NCBI GenBank assembly: GCA_013239625.1
Contig: MU054117.1
Coordinates: forward strand, 2,106,011 to 2,170,010
Length of the DNA stretch: 64,000 nucleotides
Source: Lama guanicoe
Taxonomy: Eukaryota
Direction of reading: 5' to 3'
The translations under genes were made by a program, and so were the position numbers. How positions within the stretch are numbered: position 1 is the stretch's first letter; every line of letters starts with the position of its first letter. Positions 37,431-50,900 of this stretch are shown piece by piece. A model generated the notes under the pieces. It did not search any database, was not told the DNA's origin, and was given only the letters and a program-made list of their open reading frames with translations.

Positions 37431-39589
37431 AAAGAGTTTGCCTCTTATTTCATCATTAGTCACTAACTAGTGGATCTGGGGGGGTGGCGTGGGTCCACAC
37501 TGTTTATAAAAGGACACGTTAAATAACGGTGTGACCAAGTGCCGGGGAGGGTGGCTGAGTGCGGACGCCCGTCACTGGGCGACTTTCACAAGACCACAGC
37601 TCGCGCTGGTTTGCAGGGAAGTCAGGGTGCACAAATTTTACGTTTTACCAGGTATTTAATATTTTAACTTGCTCTGAGTAAGTATTTGATAATGTCTACT
37701 TGGAGGAATTTTTCAGATGAAGTGTCCCATACCCAACTTCTCTCCCCTCAAACTGAAAGTACGCACACGTGGTTTGGGTAGACTCTGCACCCATTACTCC
37801 AGTGGGCCTGAAGCAAAGTCACAGTCATGCGCAAAGGCTGAGCGCACCGAGTTCTCAGCAGCCCGGGAGGCTGTTCGCTGCGAAGGGCCACCTCTGTTCC
37901 GCCTCCGCCCACACCGGCCACCAGGCCCTGCGCCTCCCTCTGCCTCTGGGCTCCAGCCACCTCCGCTCTCCCCACGGCCACTGCTGAGGGTGAGGCCTCA
38001 TCATCGCACCACAGCTGTGACAGCAATACCCCCCGAACTGGCCTCCCTGCCTCCAAGCCATCTTCTAGAGCAATGCTTTGAGGACGCCCATTTGGTCCTG
38101 TCACTCACTCCTCTGCTTATATTTTTTTAAGGGCTTCCCACACTCCTCATAAGAAATCTGAGTTCCCCAGGAAGCATGGCCCTGGTGGCTTCCAGCCCCT
38201 CTTGCCCCTGCCGTGACCCGGCTCCCCTCCGGAAGCCAAGCTTTCCAACCTCCCCACATCTGAACCTACTGTTCCTTCTTCCTGCCACCCCCCACCCCCC
38301 GCCGCCACGTCCAGGTCTCTGGGTAGCTTTCTATCTCTCTGGGAGTCTTCCTGGACCTCCACGGTGGTATCTCCCATGCCATGAGTGCTCCTGTCTGTCC
38401 TCCCACCAGGCCATATGCTCTCTGACTCCCAGAGTCAATCTCTGCATCCCTAGCGTATACATGAACTCAGTTAACGTTCCCGGGGGGATGGGTGAGTGAG
38501 TGACAGACCCACTGTGAGGATGAACAGGCCCGTGAGCACGCGGTCTGCTGGCGAGGGAGGCCCTGGGCCGGCACCTTTGGAAGCTCTGCCGGGTTGGCCC
38601 AGACCACCTGGAGCTGACCCCAGGACACGGCTGCAGGGGAGAGATCCTGTGGACTCCAGACCACGTGCACCCCCACTTCCTTCAGCAGCACAGGCAGACC
38701 AGTGAGCAATGAGGGCCCGGCAAAGTGGCCTTGATCAGGCTTCTTCCAAGGACCCACGTGGACCTGCCCCGGGAGATGCAGCTGATGCAGGGGGAATCAC
38801 TGTGGCGTGCCCCCTCTCTCCCGTGGGCTTCTGTGGGGCTGTGGCAAGCCCCTCACAAGGGCTGGGGAAGTGTGAGCCCAGATATTCCCTGCATCTGTAT
38901 AAATAGGCACAATCTTCCGTGAAATTGCTTGTTAATACCAACCCACACGTGGAATCAGTCTGCGTTGCGGGGAAATGAGGCGTCGTACACAACTGTGATC
39001 AAAAGGAATTTCGTCACCTCGACGTTTTTTCTTTTAACAAGAGCAAGACAGTGTCTGGCAGACAAAGGAACTAGTCTGGAGCTGAAAATAGGTGAAGACA
39101 AATTCAATTGGCCAGGAGAGACAGCAAAGATCTGGAAGGTTGAGGCTCAGGCCACGGCTGGGAAGAGGTGTCTGTGCTGCCCACGTGGGACTTGGCTCCA
39201 GGCGGAGACCAGGTTTCCAGGTTTCAGGGTGAGGATGGGAAACGAAACCGCCCACTGCCATGAGCTGGAGGAACCCGGGTGTTACTTCTGCAGTTCTTGT
39301 CTGATACAATTCAATTAAAAATAGCCCCATCCGCCAGAGAGTTATTTTTGTTAGCTGGAACTCATGACGTGCCTTAGGTCAAGGTTTTCTGGAAAAGAAC
39401 AACGTGGCCAAGGAAACAGAGCAGGAGGGGGACCTGTCAGTGTCCCTGGTGACCACACAGGGACAAAGAAAATCTTGTTTGAGGTCTTCAGAAGGGGTGG
39501 CTGCCAGACACATGTTGAAACTGCCAGGAGTCAATGTGGATGGCGAGGCCGTTATCCTGTCGCTGGGCCAGGTGGTACCCCTGTTCACC

Positions 39590-39755
39590 CGTGGTTCTCA
39601 AACAAATCACCAGGCAGGCTGATGCACATGCACATTGCTGGACGCATCCCAGAGTCTCTGATTCCGGGGCCTGGGGTGGAGTCTGCGAATCAAAGTTGCT
39701 AACGAGTTCCCAGGTGCCACTGCTGTTCTGGGGGCTTCACTTGGAGACCCACGCT
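39590..39755. mobile_element. MER5-like hAT-Charlie DNA transposon
   Basis: termini gtggttctcaaac ... cacttggagacccac; internal ctgattc..ggggtggagtctgcgaatc..taacgagttcccaggtg. Confidence 0.65.
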
Positions 39756-41066
39756 TGGTGCCAATGACAGGGGTGGGATGGGAAGAAGTCAGGCCTTCGG
39801 TGCCAGGCACCTTTGGGCTGAATCTTATCTCCACCACTTGGCTGTGCAGTTCCAGTCATGCAGCCTCTCCGGGCCTCACTTTCTCTGCCTCTAGAACGGA
39901 GCTGACATCTGTACCAGCCAGTGGGCAGGCGGGGGTGGGAGAGACAATGTGCGCAAAGCTCTCGGGATATAACAGAGCTTATGAAATGAGCATTCTCGCT
40001 AGGGACCCAAGCGGAGCTGATGTGCCCAGTGAATAAGTGGACCTGAAGTTCCTTCCAGCAATAGAATGAAGACCCTGTCCCTCATCGCCAGTCAGCTCTG
40101 CCTGAAACCGTCATCGGACCATCAACCGTGCGTAAGAAGGCAGATGGAGACAGGCGTCTACCAGAGGGAGGGGCCTGAGTCAGCTCAGACCAGCCATTTA
40201 TGGACCAGTTTCCCAGCTCTGTTTTCTTCTCTGACGAGAGGCTCAGGCCCAGCCAGGGAAGCTGAGTCAGGAGTGGGAGAGCCCCTGATTCCGTTCAGTG
40301 GCTCTTCCACTGGCCAGGGTACCAGCCATTTCTTCTCTCGGGGCCTCAGCTCCCGTCCTGAGTGAAACAAGAGGGCTGGACTAGCCGACCACCCGGGGCG
40401 TCTCTCAGCCCCACGCTTCACAGCTGGAGTCTGACAAGCCCTGCGAAGGCACTGGGACCACACATCTGTCAGGTGATGGAGGAGACCGGGTTTGGGGGAG
40501 TGCCGGGCGGAGGGCCCCATTGTAGGCCATTCTGCAGGCTGCAGAGCTCAGCCCTCGGTCAGCTCTGTGACTGCGGCCAGGCGACCCGGCCGGCCGCTGC
40601 TCGGCCCCCTCACTGGTGCGGACTCCCACACCTCCCAGCGCTGCGCGCAAGAGGGCACGAGGCTCCGCACAGAGGGTCCTGGAACTGGGCCCGCCGGGCG
40701 CAGCGCGACTTGAGCTGCGTGAGCCGCTTGGCCTCCCGGCTGCTCGCCCCCAGACGGCCCTCCCGAGGAGCCCGAGAAAGCCTCTCCAAGGAGTCTCACT
40801 TCCCAGAGCGGCTGGTCTCCGCCAGCCCTGAACATCACGCAGGACTGAGAGACAGCCCTTCAGGGCTAGGACCTGAGTACTCCGCAACAGAGAGAGTGGC
40901 AGGTGTGTTCATTTTTGTGTCAAAGCCCAGTTTACAGACACATGTGACCAAGCCAAAGGGAGTCTGAACTCTGGGCTATTCACTCCATGCTTGGAGTCCC
41001 AAGACTTCCACATATGCGAGTAAGTGATGCTTAAATACCAATGATTCTTTACTGTGAAGGAGAGTC

Positions 41067-41094
<28 letters not shown>
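41067..41094 (+). repeat. (GT)n microsatellite
   Basis: about 14 GT units. Confidence 0.95.
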
Positions 41095-41098
<4 letters not shown>

Positions 41099-42059
41099 GT
41101 GAGGGGTCAAGGCTATAAAACCCAAAGACGCCGCTTTTACAAGAGCCCCCCCCTTCCATTCCTCTGGGTGCAGTGTCAGGTTTTCAGAACAGTGGAGATA
41201 ACCCCCAGAGTCTCCTACCCCCACCTGCCCCGGCCTCTCTCCCCTCGTCCAGCCCTGGCAGGGTTGGCCCGGGCACCCCCTGCTCCCCCCCCACCCCCCA
41301 GAGCTCCTCAGGAATAAGGCAGCCCTTCTGAAGCCACACACGGACAATGGGCCGGACGTTCTCAAATCACTCCTTCCTAGCAATGAAAGGCCACAGCCTT
41401 CCAGCCTGTTGAGCCTGACAGACAACCTGTCTTCATTTCTGAACGTCTCCTCAGAAGAACAAATCTGTTACACGCTGGCCAGCACATTTCCACGGAAAGG
41501 AAATAATGAAATCTGACTACCACGTCAAACTCTAATGCCTCACACAGAACGGAGCCGACACGGTGAGAGAAGGGACGCCCGGAAACTTCCTTCTGGCCGC
41601 CCGGCCCCGACGCTGCCCTGCCTGCACTTCCGGGGAAAGGACAGACACGACGCCCTCCCCGCGTGCGGCTCACGTCGGAGGGGATGGCCCGGCCGGCCGG
41701 GAGAGGCTGCCTGCCGCCAGCCCGGAACTTCCCCCATCCGCCGGCCTGCAAACCTGCTGAAGCGAGCATTTCAGAAAGGAAATAGAGCGGAGCCAAATTT
41801 CCCAGCCACGTGAAGCCTGAGACGGGGACGCCTCCAGCCCCAGGGGGTCCCGATCCCAATCCGGCTGCTGTCTGGCCCTCCCTCCTCAGTACCAGAGAGG
41901 ACTTCCCAGTGAGCTCCCCCCCTTCCCCAGTGGCTCCTGTGGTCTGGGGAGTGAACTCACACCAGCCCTGAGGGGTCTGAGGGCTCCTGTGTTGGGGGTG
42001 GGGTGGGAGGTGGGGGGTGTCTAATGCCCTGTGATTTTACGTGGGAAAGTAACGCTAGA

Positions 42060-42200
42060 AATAGCTGACATTTTGAAAAGAACTTCCTAAGTAAGCACCA
42101 GGCACTGAGTTAAGCAATTTACATGCATTTAAAAAATTTAATTCATTTGACTGGTTCTATTATCCCCTTCTGACAAATGAGGAAACTGAGACTGGTTTCT
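42060..42200 (-). mobile_element. MIR SINE
   Basis: ctattatccccttctgacaaatgaggaaactgaga. Confidence 0.7.
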
Positions 42201-44240
42201 CCTAGAGAAAAAAAGAAACCACCTTCCCAAGTAAACACTGGAACAGACATGGCCCTCCACGTTCAGAACGCCTTCTATTACTATTTGATGAAGGCTGGTT
42301 GGAGACGCTCCTTCCTGGACTGGGTCTTCCATGGAACATTGACACAAAGGGACGGGGAGGTTGGCCTCGCAGAGCACCGAGGGCCTGATTCTGGAGGCAA
42401 ATGTCACTGCATCTACGATGCTCAGACACGGGTCAGCGGCCAGGGCAGATTCTGCTTGGCCCCTCCTCTCTTCGTCCCCCACAGGCCCAGGAGCGGGGGC
42501 CCAGCCTTTCCCCTCCCCGAGGCTTTCCGCCTCTCCCCTTCCTGTCTGGCTGCATCTTGGAGAGTGTGTGGCTTGGGCTGTCTCAGTCTCCAAGGGGATG
42601 GGTGATTTATGTCCTTTTATTCAGCAAATAGCTTTGTACAGAATGGATGCGACAGGCTGAATGTCACTGGCGGGGGTGGGGGTGCCATGCAGAATCCCAA
42701 TGAAGCCTTCCAGGCCTGGACAAATGGCACTGGGGACTGTCATTGTGTGTTTTCTCTAGTGGGAGTAAGGAAGAGGCAGTGGATCCTGAAAGGTTCCCAG
42801 GGAGCTGGCTTGAGTGGCAGGGAGATGCCAACTCGCCCAGTGTCTGGCTGCCCTGCTAGTGCCCGCCTCTTCTGCGTCTCCATCTTCTCCTCGCATTTGG
42901 CAATCGACCAACCAGGCAGCCAGCACCCTGCGGACTTGGGGGGTGGGGGCTCCTCTCTCTGGAGCTACCCCGTGCAGGCTGAGTGTGCCAGGGCCTGCAG
43001 AACAAAGCACGAGGGACCGAGGCATTCACAGGGCAGAGGCGAGGCTCAGCTCTGCACTCCCCCTCCCTAAGCCCACGGTGCCCATTCAAGACTCCTTGGC
43101 CCCTCACCTCTCTTTCCTGCTCCTCCCCTCCTCTCTCCTCATTGACACCTGGGTCTATAACTTCCCTGAGGCCAGGCCTGTTACTCCCCCCATTCCACAC
43201 ACGTACACAGACAGAATGCCCAGCTCAGCCCCGTTCCCAGCAAACAGTAGACACTCAATAGTTGTTGAATGAGCGGTGAGTGGCCCTCTGTTCTCTCGTG
43301 GACGCTGGCTCCCCACCACTGCCCAGCCTGCAAGCCTCTATGGGCGGCCCTGGCTACATGGGAAAGCATGCTTAGGGCAAATGATCCTGCATGATGCCAT
43401 GGTGCACTAAGGACTGGGAAAGATGACAGATGCACAGGAGTGGGAAGGGCCTTTGAAATCACACAGCCCAGCCCTCTCACTTTACAGGTGAGGAAGCCAA
43501 GGCCTAGAGTGGAAGTGACTTGCAAAAGCTCCAGAGCATGTTAGGAGCAGAGCAGGTGTCTGAGCCGGGCCTCTCAGGTCAAGCCACCTCTCCTGCCTGC
43601 CACAAGGCCTCCTCATCCAAGCCTGGTCCAGCCACCACTGTCAGCCCAGCCCCCAGCCCAGCCACGCTCCCTGCAGGGCTGCAGCGGCAGGTCTGAGTCT
43701 CCAGCCCACACACTCCGCCTCCCAGGGAGGATGGCAATTAGCTTTCATTGTGCTGCTCAGCACAACCTGGGCTAGAGAAAAGCCCTGTGTTCACAGCACT
43801 GTGGGTCAGTGGGAGCCTAGCAGGTGAGAATTCCAGGGCCAGGCCACATGGGGCCGGGAAGGCAGATGAGAACACGCAGCACAGTCAGGGCCTGTGAGTG
43901 AAGCCTCACCCCTGCCCCAGAGCAAAGAGACAAAGCAGGAGGTGTGGGGCGGTCAGAAGGAATGAAGCCACGGGGCACAGCACCTCCACTCTCCCCCACC
44001 GATGGAAAGGGGGCAAGCAAAGCCAGAGAGATGAACCAGATGGAGGGAAAACAGGAGACAGACAAAACTTGATCTTTCTCTTCGTCTGTCATTTCCTCCA
44101 GGCCTCCCTTCAGGGCACCCACATAGCAGGGGGCTTCTGGGACCGCGAGACTGGGAGGCCCCGTCCTTCCGCAGCTGTTGGGCCGGCCGGGCGGGGCGGG
44201 GCGGAGCCCGCGGGCCGGCGGGGCGGAGGGGGGCACTCAC

Positions 44241-44402
44241 TCCAGCACGTCGCGGTTGAACTGCTTCTTGCTGTTGCCCAGGAACTCTCCGATCATCTGG
44301 CGGCTGAGGCCCTTGCGCTGGAGCAGGAAGTGGGCCACTCCAATGGGGGTGTCGGGGATGAAGCCTCTCGAGATCAGGAACTGGATGCCCTTGTCCGGGT
44401 TT
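44241..44402 (-). CDS. IQSEC3: IQSEC3 Sec7 exon (about 5): [53 protein letters not shown](D)
   Basis: ccccag/gtgagt boundaries; 162 bp; in phase. Confidence 0.96.
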
Positions 44403-46379
44403 CTGGGGTGGGGTGGGGAGAAGGATTAGAGAGTGAGGCCGCCCATGACTCCCTTCCCTTCTTTCTTACAGCCCAGGAAACACACAAAAGTGCCTGGAGG
44501 TCCTTGGGAAGAATTCCCAGGGAATGCCAGCATTCCTTCCACTGCGGAGGGTCTCCCCTTCCCCTTCCGAAGCCCCTCTCCCCAGGCTCTCCTGAACCTT
44601 CCCGCACGGGAGTGAAGAGGGTGCAGGGCTGAGGAGGTCTGGCCAAAGTGGATTCCATAGCGAGTGGAGAGATGTCCCTTCTGTCTTTCTGCCTCAGTCC
44701 CACTGGATCGGACCCTGAGGTCCCCAAGCCCTGCCAAGAAGGCTCTTCCTCCCACCAGTATCCTGCTGTCTCAGCACCCACACTGGGACCCAGAGGGCAG
44801 GGGGACTGGGAAATAGAGGGGAGCTATCCCAACGCATCCTTCTCCCCGGTCCGTGGTGGACCCAAGAATCCTGCTCTCAGGGTTTACTTTCACAGGCTTG
44901 CGTCTCTATACGTGGGTGTGGGTGTGGGTGTGGGCGTGGGTGCTTTGTCTTAAGGCAGATGAGCTCCCAGCTTGGTGGCAGACCCACGCTGCTCCCCGAG
45001 CTAGATCTGACTGGCCCAGAAGGAGGTAAGTACAGAAATAGAGGGTAAGTAAGCCTTTAGACCCTTTTATAGCACTTTGACATTTTCAGGACAACCAAGC
45101 ATGTGACTTTTTCTGGCACTTCATTTTTGTCATATTTTACCAACGTATCAGCCCACAACATATTGGGTGAAAACCCAAACTGGTCCTTCAGTACACATAA
45201 TTTGAGAACCACTGTGTCTTATGGAATCCAAGTGTCTGTGTGCACCTGCAGAAGTGAGGCTGGGGCTGCGCTCACCAGGGTCGCAGCCTGACACAGAAGA
45301 GCGAGCAAGGGATTAGGGAGTCAGATCTGCCTTCCCCCGGCTCTGCCACTTACTGAATAACTGTTTCACAGCACGCACGCAACTCACCTTCCTTGTGTGA
45401 GCCTGTTCCCTTTTCTGTAAAATGCCATAATAACACTATCTCTAGATATTGTTAGCAAGTTTGCAAATGTTTTATGTCCGCTGAGCTAGGAGCAGGTGAG
45501 TTGGCATATAAGCTTCTTGAGACCAGGGAACGTGTCTCGCTCATCTATGTGGTTAGGTGCCGGCACTCCAAAAATCGGTTAAATGAATAAATGAACACAC
45601 ATATGAGTGGTTTCCGCTCAGTCCTCACTGATTAAGCGGGAGGGGTGCTGTGATTCCCAGCTCAGGGCTGTAAAGGAAGAGGTGGTGGAGGGTGAAGATG
45701 AATGCCTCGGGTACTCGACATTCCCACAGGAGGGGCCTGCGTGTTGGCTCGGTTTGCCACCCGCTGTATGTGTACCTCCTGGCTGCAAGGAAAAGTCTGG
45801 CCGGGTGCCCTGAGCTGTGGTGGCCAGTCACGTCTCTGCTCCCATGCCCTGTTCTCTTGTGCGCCACCTCTGCCTGCCTTGTACCCGCCTCCTTGTCTCC
45901 CCTCGCCGCTCCCTGATGCCTCTAATCCGTCTCCCGCTCTCCACCTGTGTTCCTCACGCTGGGTCTCTGCTCGCCCCACCCTCGCCTCCTTTTCTCCTTT
46001 GCCCATTGTCTCTTCTCTGTGTGTCGTCAACCCCATGGGATGATGCTGTTTCCCTGCCTTCGTGTCCTACCTGAACGACTTCTGCGCAATGCTTTTACTA
46101 CCTGTACTATTACTCACTGAAGCCAGGGTTTCTTTAAATTTCTCCTGCTTCTCAAAGCCTGGCTTCATCTCCCAGTGGTTGAAGCACCGGTGTGCTGCGT
46201 TTTGTCCCTAATCCTTAAAATAAGTTCGTACCAATTACAAATAAAACGTGTGCTCCTACACAGTCCCTCAAGCAGCAGGCTGGCGCAGAGGCCACAGTGG
46301 ACACTAGGAGGGCACTGGGACGACCCGCTCGCTTACCGGCACTGCTCCGCTGCAAGGACAGGTGCCCGGCCCCGCCTCC

Positions 46380-47800
46380 CACTGCGGACTCACATGTTGA
46401 AGAGGTTGAGGCCGATGCGGTACAGACGCTTGCGCAGGGTGTCGGTTGAGAGCGTGGGGGACCTGCAGCTGGCCGGGTTCTCGCAGTGGTAGCGGGGCAG
46501 GCTCAGGACCATGGCCTGCAGGGCCTCCTTGGAGGCCGAAGCCGACGCTTCTGAGCCCGACTTGGCGGATCTGGTGGACGTGCTGCTGCTGCTCAGCTGC
46601 TCCGAGTTGTCGGCGGCCTCGGCCTCGGCCCCTTTCCCCACCTCCTCGGCCGCCTCCTCGTCCTCCTCCGCCGCTGGCCCCGCAGCCCCGGGCGGGCTGG
46701 CGCGCTGGGCTCCCCCAACTCCGGCTTCTGCGCTCGCATCCTCGGCGGGCGCGTGCCCCTGGCCGGCGCTGGGGGCCTCTGGGGCCTCCTGGCCCCCGGG
46801 CCTGCCCTGCTCCGCCGTGCCTGCCGCGGACTCTGCCGGGGCCGCGGCCGTCTGCGCGCCCAGGCAGTTGGCCACCGACAGGGCGGTGGAGGAGGAGACG
46901 GAGATGTTCTGGCTGGCGATCTGCACGGTGACGTCCCGGAAAGCCATCATGAGCGTGCTGCTGTGGCCCTGGGGCGGGCCGGCAGGCTCGGCGGGCTCAG
47001 CCCCTGCCCCGGGGTGGGCGCCCTCGGGCTCCCGCGCCTCGGCCTCCAGGCCTGGCGTCCCCGCGCCTGCGCGCAGGGCTTGGTGGAGCTGGTAGGCGCC
47101 GCTCTCCTGCAGGGAGCACATGGTCTTGAGGCTCCAGGTGCTGAGGGCGTCGTCGATGGACTTGGCCAGGGACTGCACCTGCTCGGTGAAGGAGTCCTCC
47201 AGCTCGGTGAGCGTGCCCGCGAAGGTGGGCGGCAGGGAGGGCGAGCGCACCAGCGGCAGCCCCGCGAGGCCGCAGCCCTCCAGGAGCGCCCGCTCGGCCG
47301 CCAGGCTCTCGGCGGTGGGCGCGCGCACCTTGCGCAGGGAGATGCGCCGTGGCAGGCGGCTCTCCAGGAGCGAGTTGCGGATCTTCTCGAAGTTCTTGCT
47401 GAGCTGGTACTGGCGGAAGGCGGTTTGGATGGTGCAAGCGGCGCGCCGGGACACCAGGTGGCCCCCGTACTTGTGTTCTAGCATTTCAATCTGCAGCGAG
47501 GACAGAGAGGAGCAGGAGCGCAGTTAGGGAAGGGGTGCGGCGGTGTTCGCGAAAGACGGTGGCGGTGGCTGGCGACCAGGGGTGACCTGGCTAAGCTTCG
47601 GCGGGGCCCGGGAATGCACAGCCGGAGGGCCCTGAGGGGCTCACGTTTGCAAACCCTAGCTTGCCAAGGCCTGAGATGCCAGGTCGTTGCCAAGAATCCT
47701 AGCGGTGCGGGACGTAGGGTTGGATTCTGGGGTTGGTGATGCCGGGGGCAGGGGACAGCGGAGTCGTGGGCGGTATTCAGATATCGCTGCGAAGGGTTAG
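46380..47800. promoter_or_regulatory. Intragenic CpG island over the large IQSEC3 exon
   Basis: very high GC with dense CpG, extending into flanking introns. Confidence 0.7.
46394..47490 (-). CDS. IQSEC3: IQSEC3 large exon (about exon 4): [10 protein letters not shown]..., IQ motif [12 protein letters not shown], start of Sec7 ([13 protein letters not shown])
   Basis: 364-aa ORF 46390-47484; cag acceptor and gtgag donor; 1097 bp; CpG-rich. Confidence 0.97.
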
Positions 47801-47814
47801 ATGAAACAATATCA

Positions 47815-47936
47815 GTAAAACTTGTTGGACCTGCGTGATGGTTAAATGGGCTTTTATTACACTGTTCTTTGTACTTTTGTGTATATTGTAAAAGAATAGA
47901 AAATTGAAAATTAAATAGAAAGGCTAAAAAAAAAAT
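47815..47936 (+). mobile_element. L1M 3'-end fragment with A tail
   Basis: tattacactgttctttgtacttttgtgtatatt...aaaaaaaaaa. Confidence 0.6.
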
Positions 47937-50900
47937 CGCTGCTACTCCTGTTCACCTCATTTCTTTGCCAGCATTCACGTCACTGCCTTGGGGTAGTTTC
48001 CTGTTCCTGGGAGCATCACAAGGGTTGGGGTTGGGATGTGATCATCTCTGCGTCCCTAGCCCCCAGGCCAAGGGCTGGAACATGGTACAACTCAACACAG
48101 GTGAGTTTAATAAAGACAGATGGATGATGGGTGGATGTGTCAGTATTGGGAGTCCCCCCAGGCTACCGTGCAATGCCAGTCACCTCTGTTCTCAACAATG
48201 GGCGCTGTTACAACTGGGGCAGGGCTTGGTGGGGCTGGCTGGTGGGAGGAGGGCGTGCTGCCTCCTCTGGGCGGATCTGAACCCAGGAAGACTTCTGGCC
48301 CCAGCCAGTCTGGCTCCAAGGCCCTCCATCCCCTCTCTTCATCCCCTGCCCCCCCCACCCCATCTGTGGTCCGTTCTCCTCCTTGGGTTACTAAGCTCAC
48401 TTTTTCTCCCTTATCAGAAACCACTCAGGAAAGGACTAGAGAGACATCCCCACCCCAGGTGAAAGTGACCGATGACACTTAGCCTCGCCCCTCCCTAGGG
48501 ATGTCTGGATTTGAATAGCAGACAAAGCCTGTGCTAAGGGGATGGACAAAATGGTAGCACCATGGGTTCCATCAGTCCTTGGGGATGCTTGGGAAGTGCG
48601 AAAGTGTCCGTGGGCCTGGAAATGATGTCCTGTTCCCAGCCGAACACTCCACTCACACAGGGTCATCCCTAAGCTAAGAGTTGGCGCAGGCGCCTGAGAT
48701 GCCCCCAGGCGGGAATCCACATCTCCTTCCGCCCTGGCCTATTCAGAGGTCTAGGGAACCCCCAGGTGCAAGAGCTGTGCTTCAGGTTATGAGATGCTGC
48801 TGGGCCCAGAGGGAAGGTATGAAATCCCACTGCCTGAAATGTTTCCAGAATAGTAAAGGGTCCACTGCCTGGCGTGATGTCACCCTGCTTGGAGGCAGAA
48901 GGCTGGCTGAGATAACCTAGGAGATGTCTACCAGCCAGGGTCCGTGCTTCACCCAAGGAAAGAAGAGATTTTAACTTCTTGAATCTGTTCCATCAAGTCC
49001 TCCACTTGACTGTAAGCCCCATGAAGGCAGACTCTGCCTGCCATGCTCAGTGCTTATCCCTGGTGCTTGAAGCATGCCCAGCACACAGACCTTCAGTGAA
49101 TGTTTACTGAAGAAATCAAATCTTCCTAACCTGACCATAACTTCCCCTCCCAGGGCCGATGGGTTCACCCCCTCCGGCCTCCCTGGGAAGTTTACTTCAT
49201 CCTCTGGCCTGTTCCACTTGCATTTCCAGCCCCCACCCTGGCATTGGCGTCTTTCCACCAGTTCCAGACCTTCCTAGGTCTTGCTCAGCTGTCGCCTCAG
49301 CCTGTGACGTCCTCCCCACCCTCAGCTTCCACTCTTAAGTCCTCTCCTCCGCGTAAAACATTTCTCCTCCCTTCAAGACTGCCTCAGATGTGTCTCCTCC
49401 ACGGAGCCTCTCAGTCCCCCAGCCAGATGGGTCCCCCTGCCCTGGGCCCCCCGGAAAGGGTTTTCATACTTCTCTTTGACGCCCAGTTTTCCCATCAATC
49501 TTGGCGGTTTTTATCTAACTCATTTTCCCCTCCCCCAGACTCCTTTAGAGCGGGAGTTATTGGAGGCCCCGGATATGTCTTCATCATCGCCAGCCTCAGC
49601 CCAGAGCCTGGCCCAGAGCCACTGCTCACGATGGTGTCTGAATTCAGCTGTGGGCTCTTCACTATTTGTTCCCAGCGTATAACAAGGTGTCTCCCAGCCT
49701 CGTGCCCTCCACACCCCTGGCCTCAGCACCCCCGCTGCTTCCTTCCCCTCCTAGGCAGCCCGCCCTCAGTGCCGCTCAGCACCACAGAGTGTGCCTCACA
49801 GGCAGGGTGGTGGTATCTGCTTCTGCATCGCTGGCGCCCAGTGTGGAGCCACTTCCACAGGTGGGGCTTAATCTGAATTCGTGGATGTGAACGAAACTGA
49901 ACTCTCTCCTCTGTCCCGGGGGACATGAAACCCAGCTCCAGATGCTGCCCCCACCCCCACTTCCATGTGCAATCCTCCCCCCATTCTCACAAGGCCTGGG
50001 GGCTCAGTGGTGCCCCAGGTCAGCTCCATCCGCCCAGCCAGGCTCTCTCACCACCCTGCCCCGGTTCTTCCCAGGGCCGGTCAGAAACCTGAGAGCCATG
50101 CTCGTGGGATGGAGGATGCCCCAGCGAGGGCAGGGTCTCTGGGCCCCCTCTCTGCCTGTCCACCCCTCCCGAAGCCCCGTGAATCCTGCTGAGGCAGTGG
50201 AGGGGCCTGGGGGCGCTGTCTTGCTAACAAGCTTCCATGGTAATTAGAACAAGCTCTCTCCTCCAGGTCCCGTGTGGCTGAGCCTGACAGGGCGGCTGGG
50301 AGACGGGGCCACGGTGCTGAGGCCTGGGTTGGGGGCGTCACATGTGAGCAGGGATTTCCTCTGATCCAGGAGGTCTCAGCTGAGCACATTAAAGCAGGAC
50401 ACGGGAGTCTGCGGACCTTGACAAGGGGAACCTTATGTGAGGCTCCGGAGCAGAGTCTGGGGACAGGAGAGGAGCTTGGGAGAAGCGCAGGGTGGCCTGC
50501 ACCAGGCAGGACTGTGGACCCCTCGTCTTCTCTGTGTGCTTACCTCCCTGCCCACTGTCTGAAACAAAAAGTGCTCAACATAGCAGGACCCGGAGGGGGA
50601 GTACCATGGCTCAGCTGCTCCCTGAGACAGATGCTCCCTCAGGTGGAGCTGCTCCAGGAAGCCTGCTTTGAACCCTGGTCGGGCTGCTTGCCTGTTCATG
50701 ATCCCACAGTGCCCAGCGCACCGCTTCCGTGGAACTTACCCCTTCACCATAATGGCAGCAGACAGGGGATGGCACTAGGCTAAAATCGTGGACTGTGGGG
50801 CCTGTCTCGACTGCCTGAAGAGTCCTTGTCCCCCACACACAAGAGCCCCAGACCCTTCCACACAGGGGGCCGCATGACCCGATGGCCTCTTCATAAGGAG

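Noticed and set aside
46446..47527. Long + strand ORFs (161-242 aa) opposite the large IQSEC3 exon
   Set aside because: Antisense shadows of a high-GC3 coding exon
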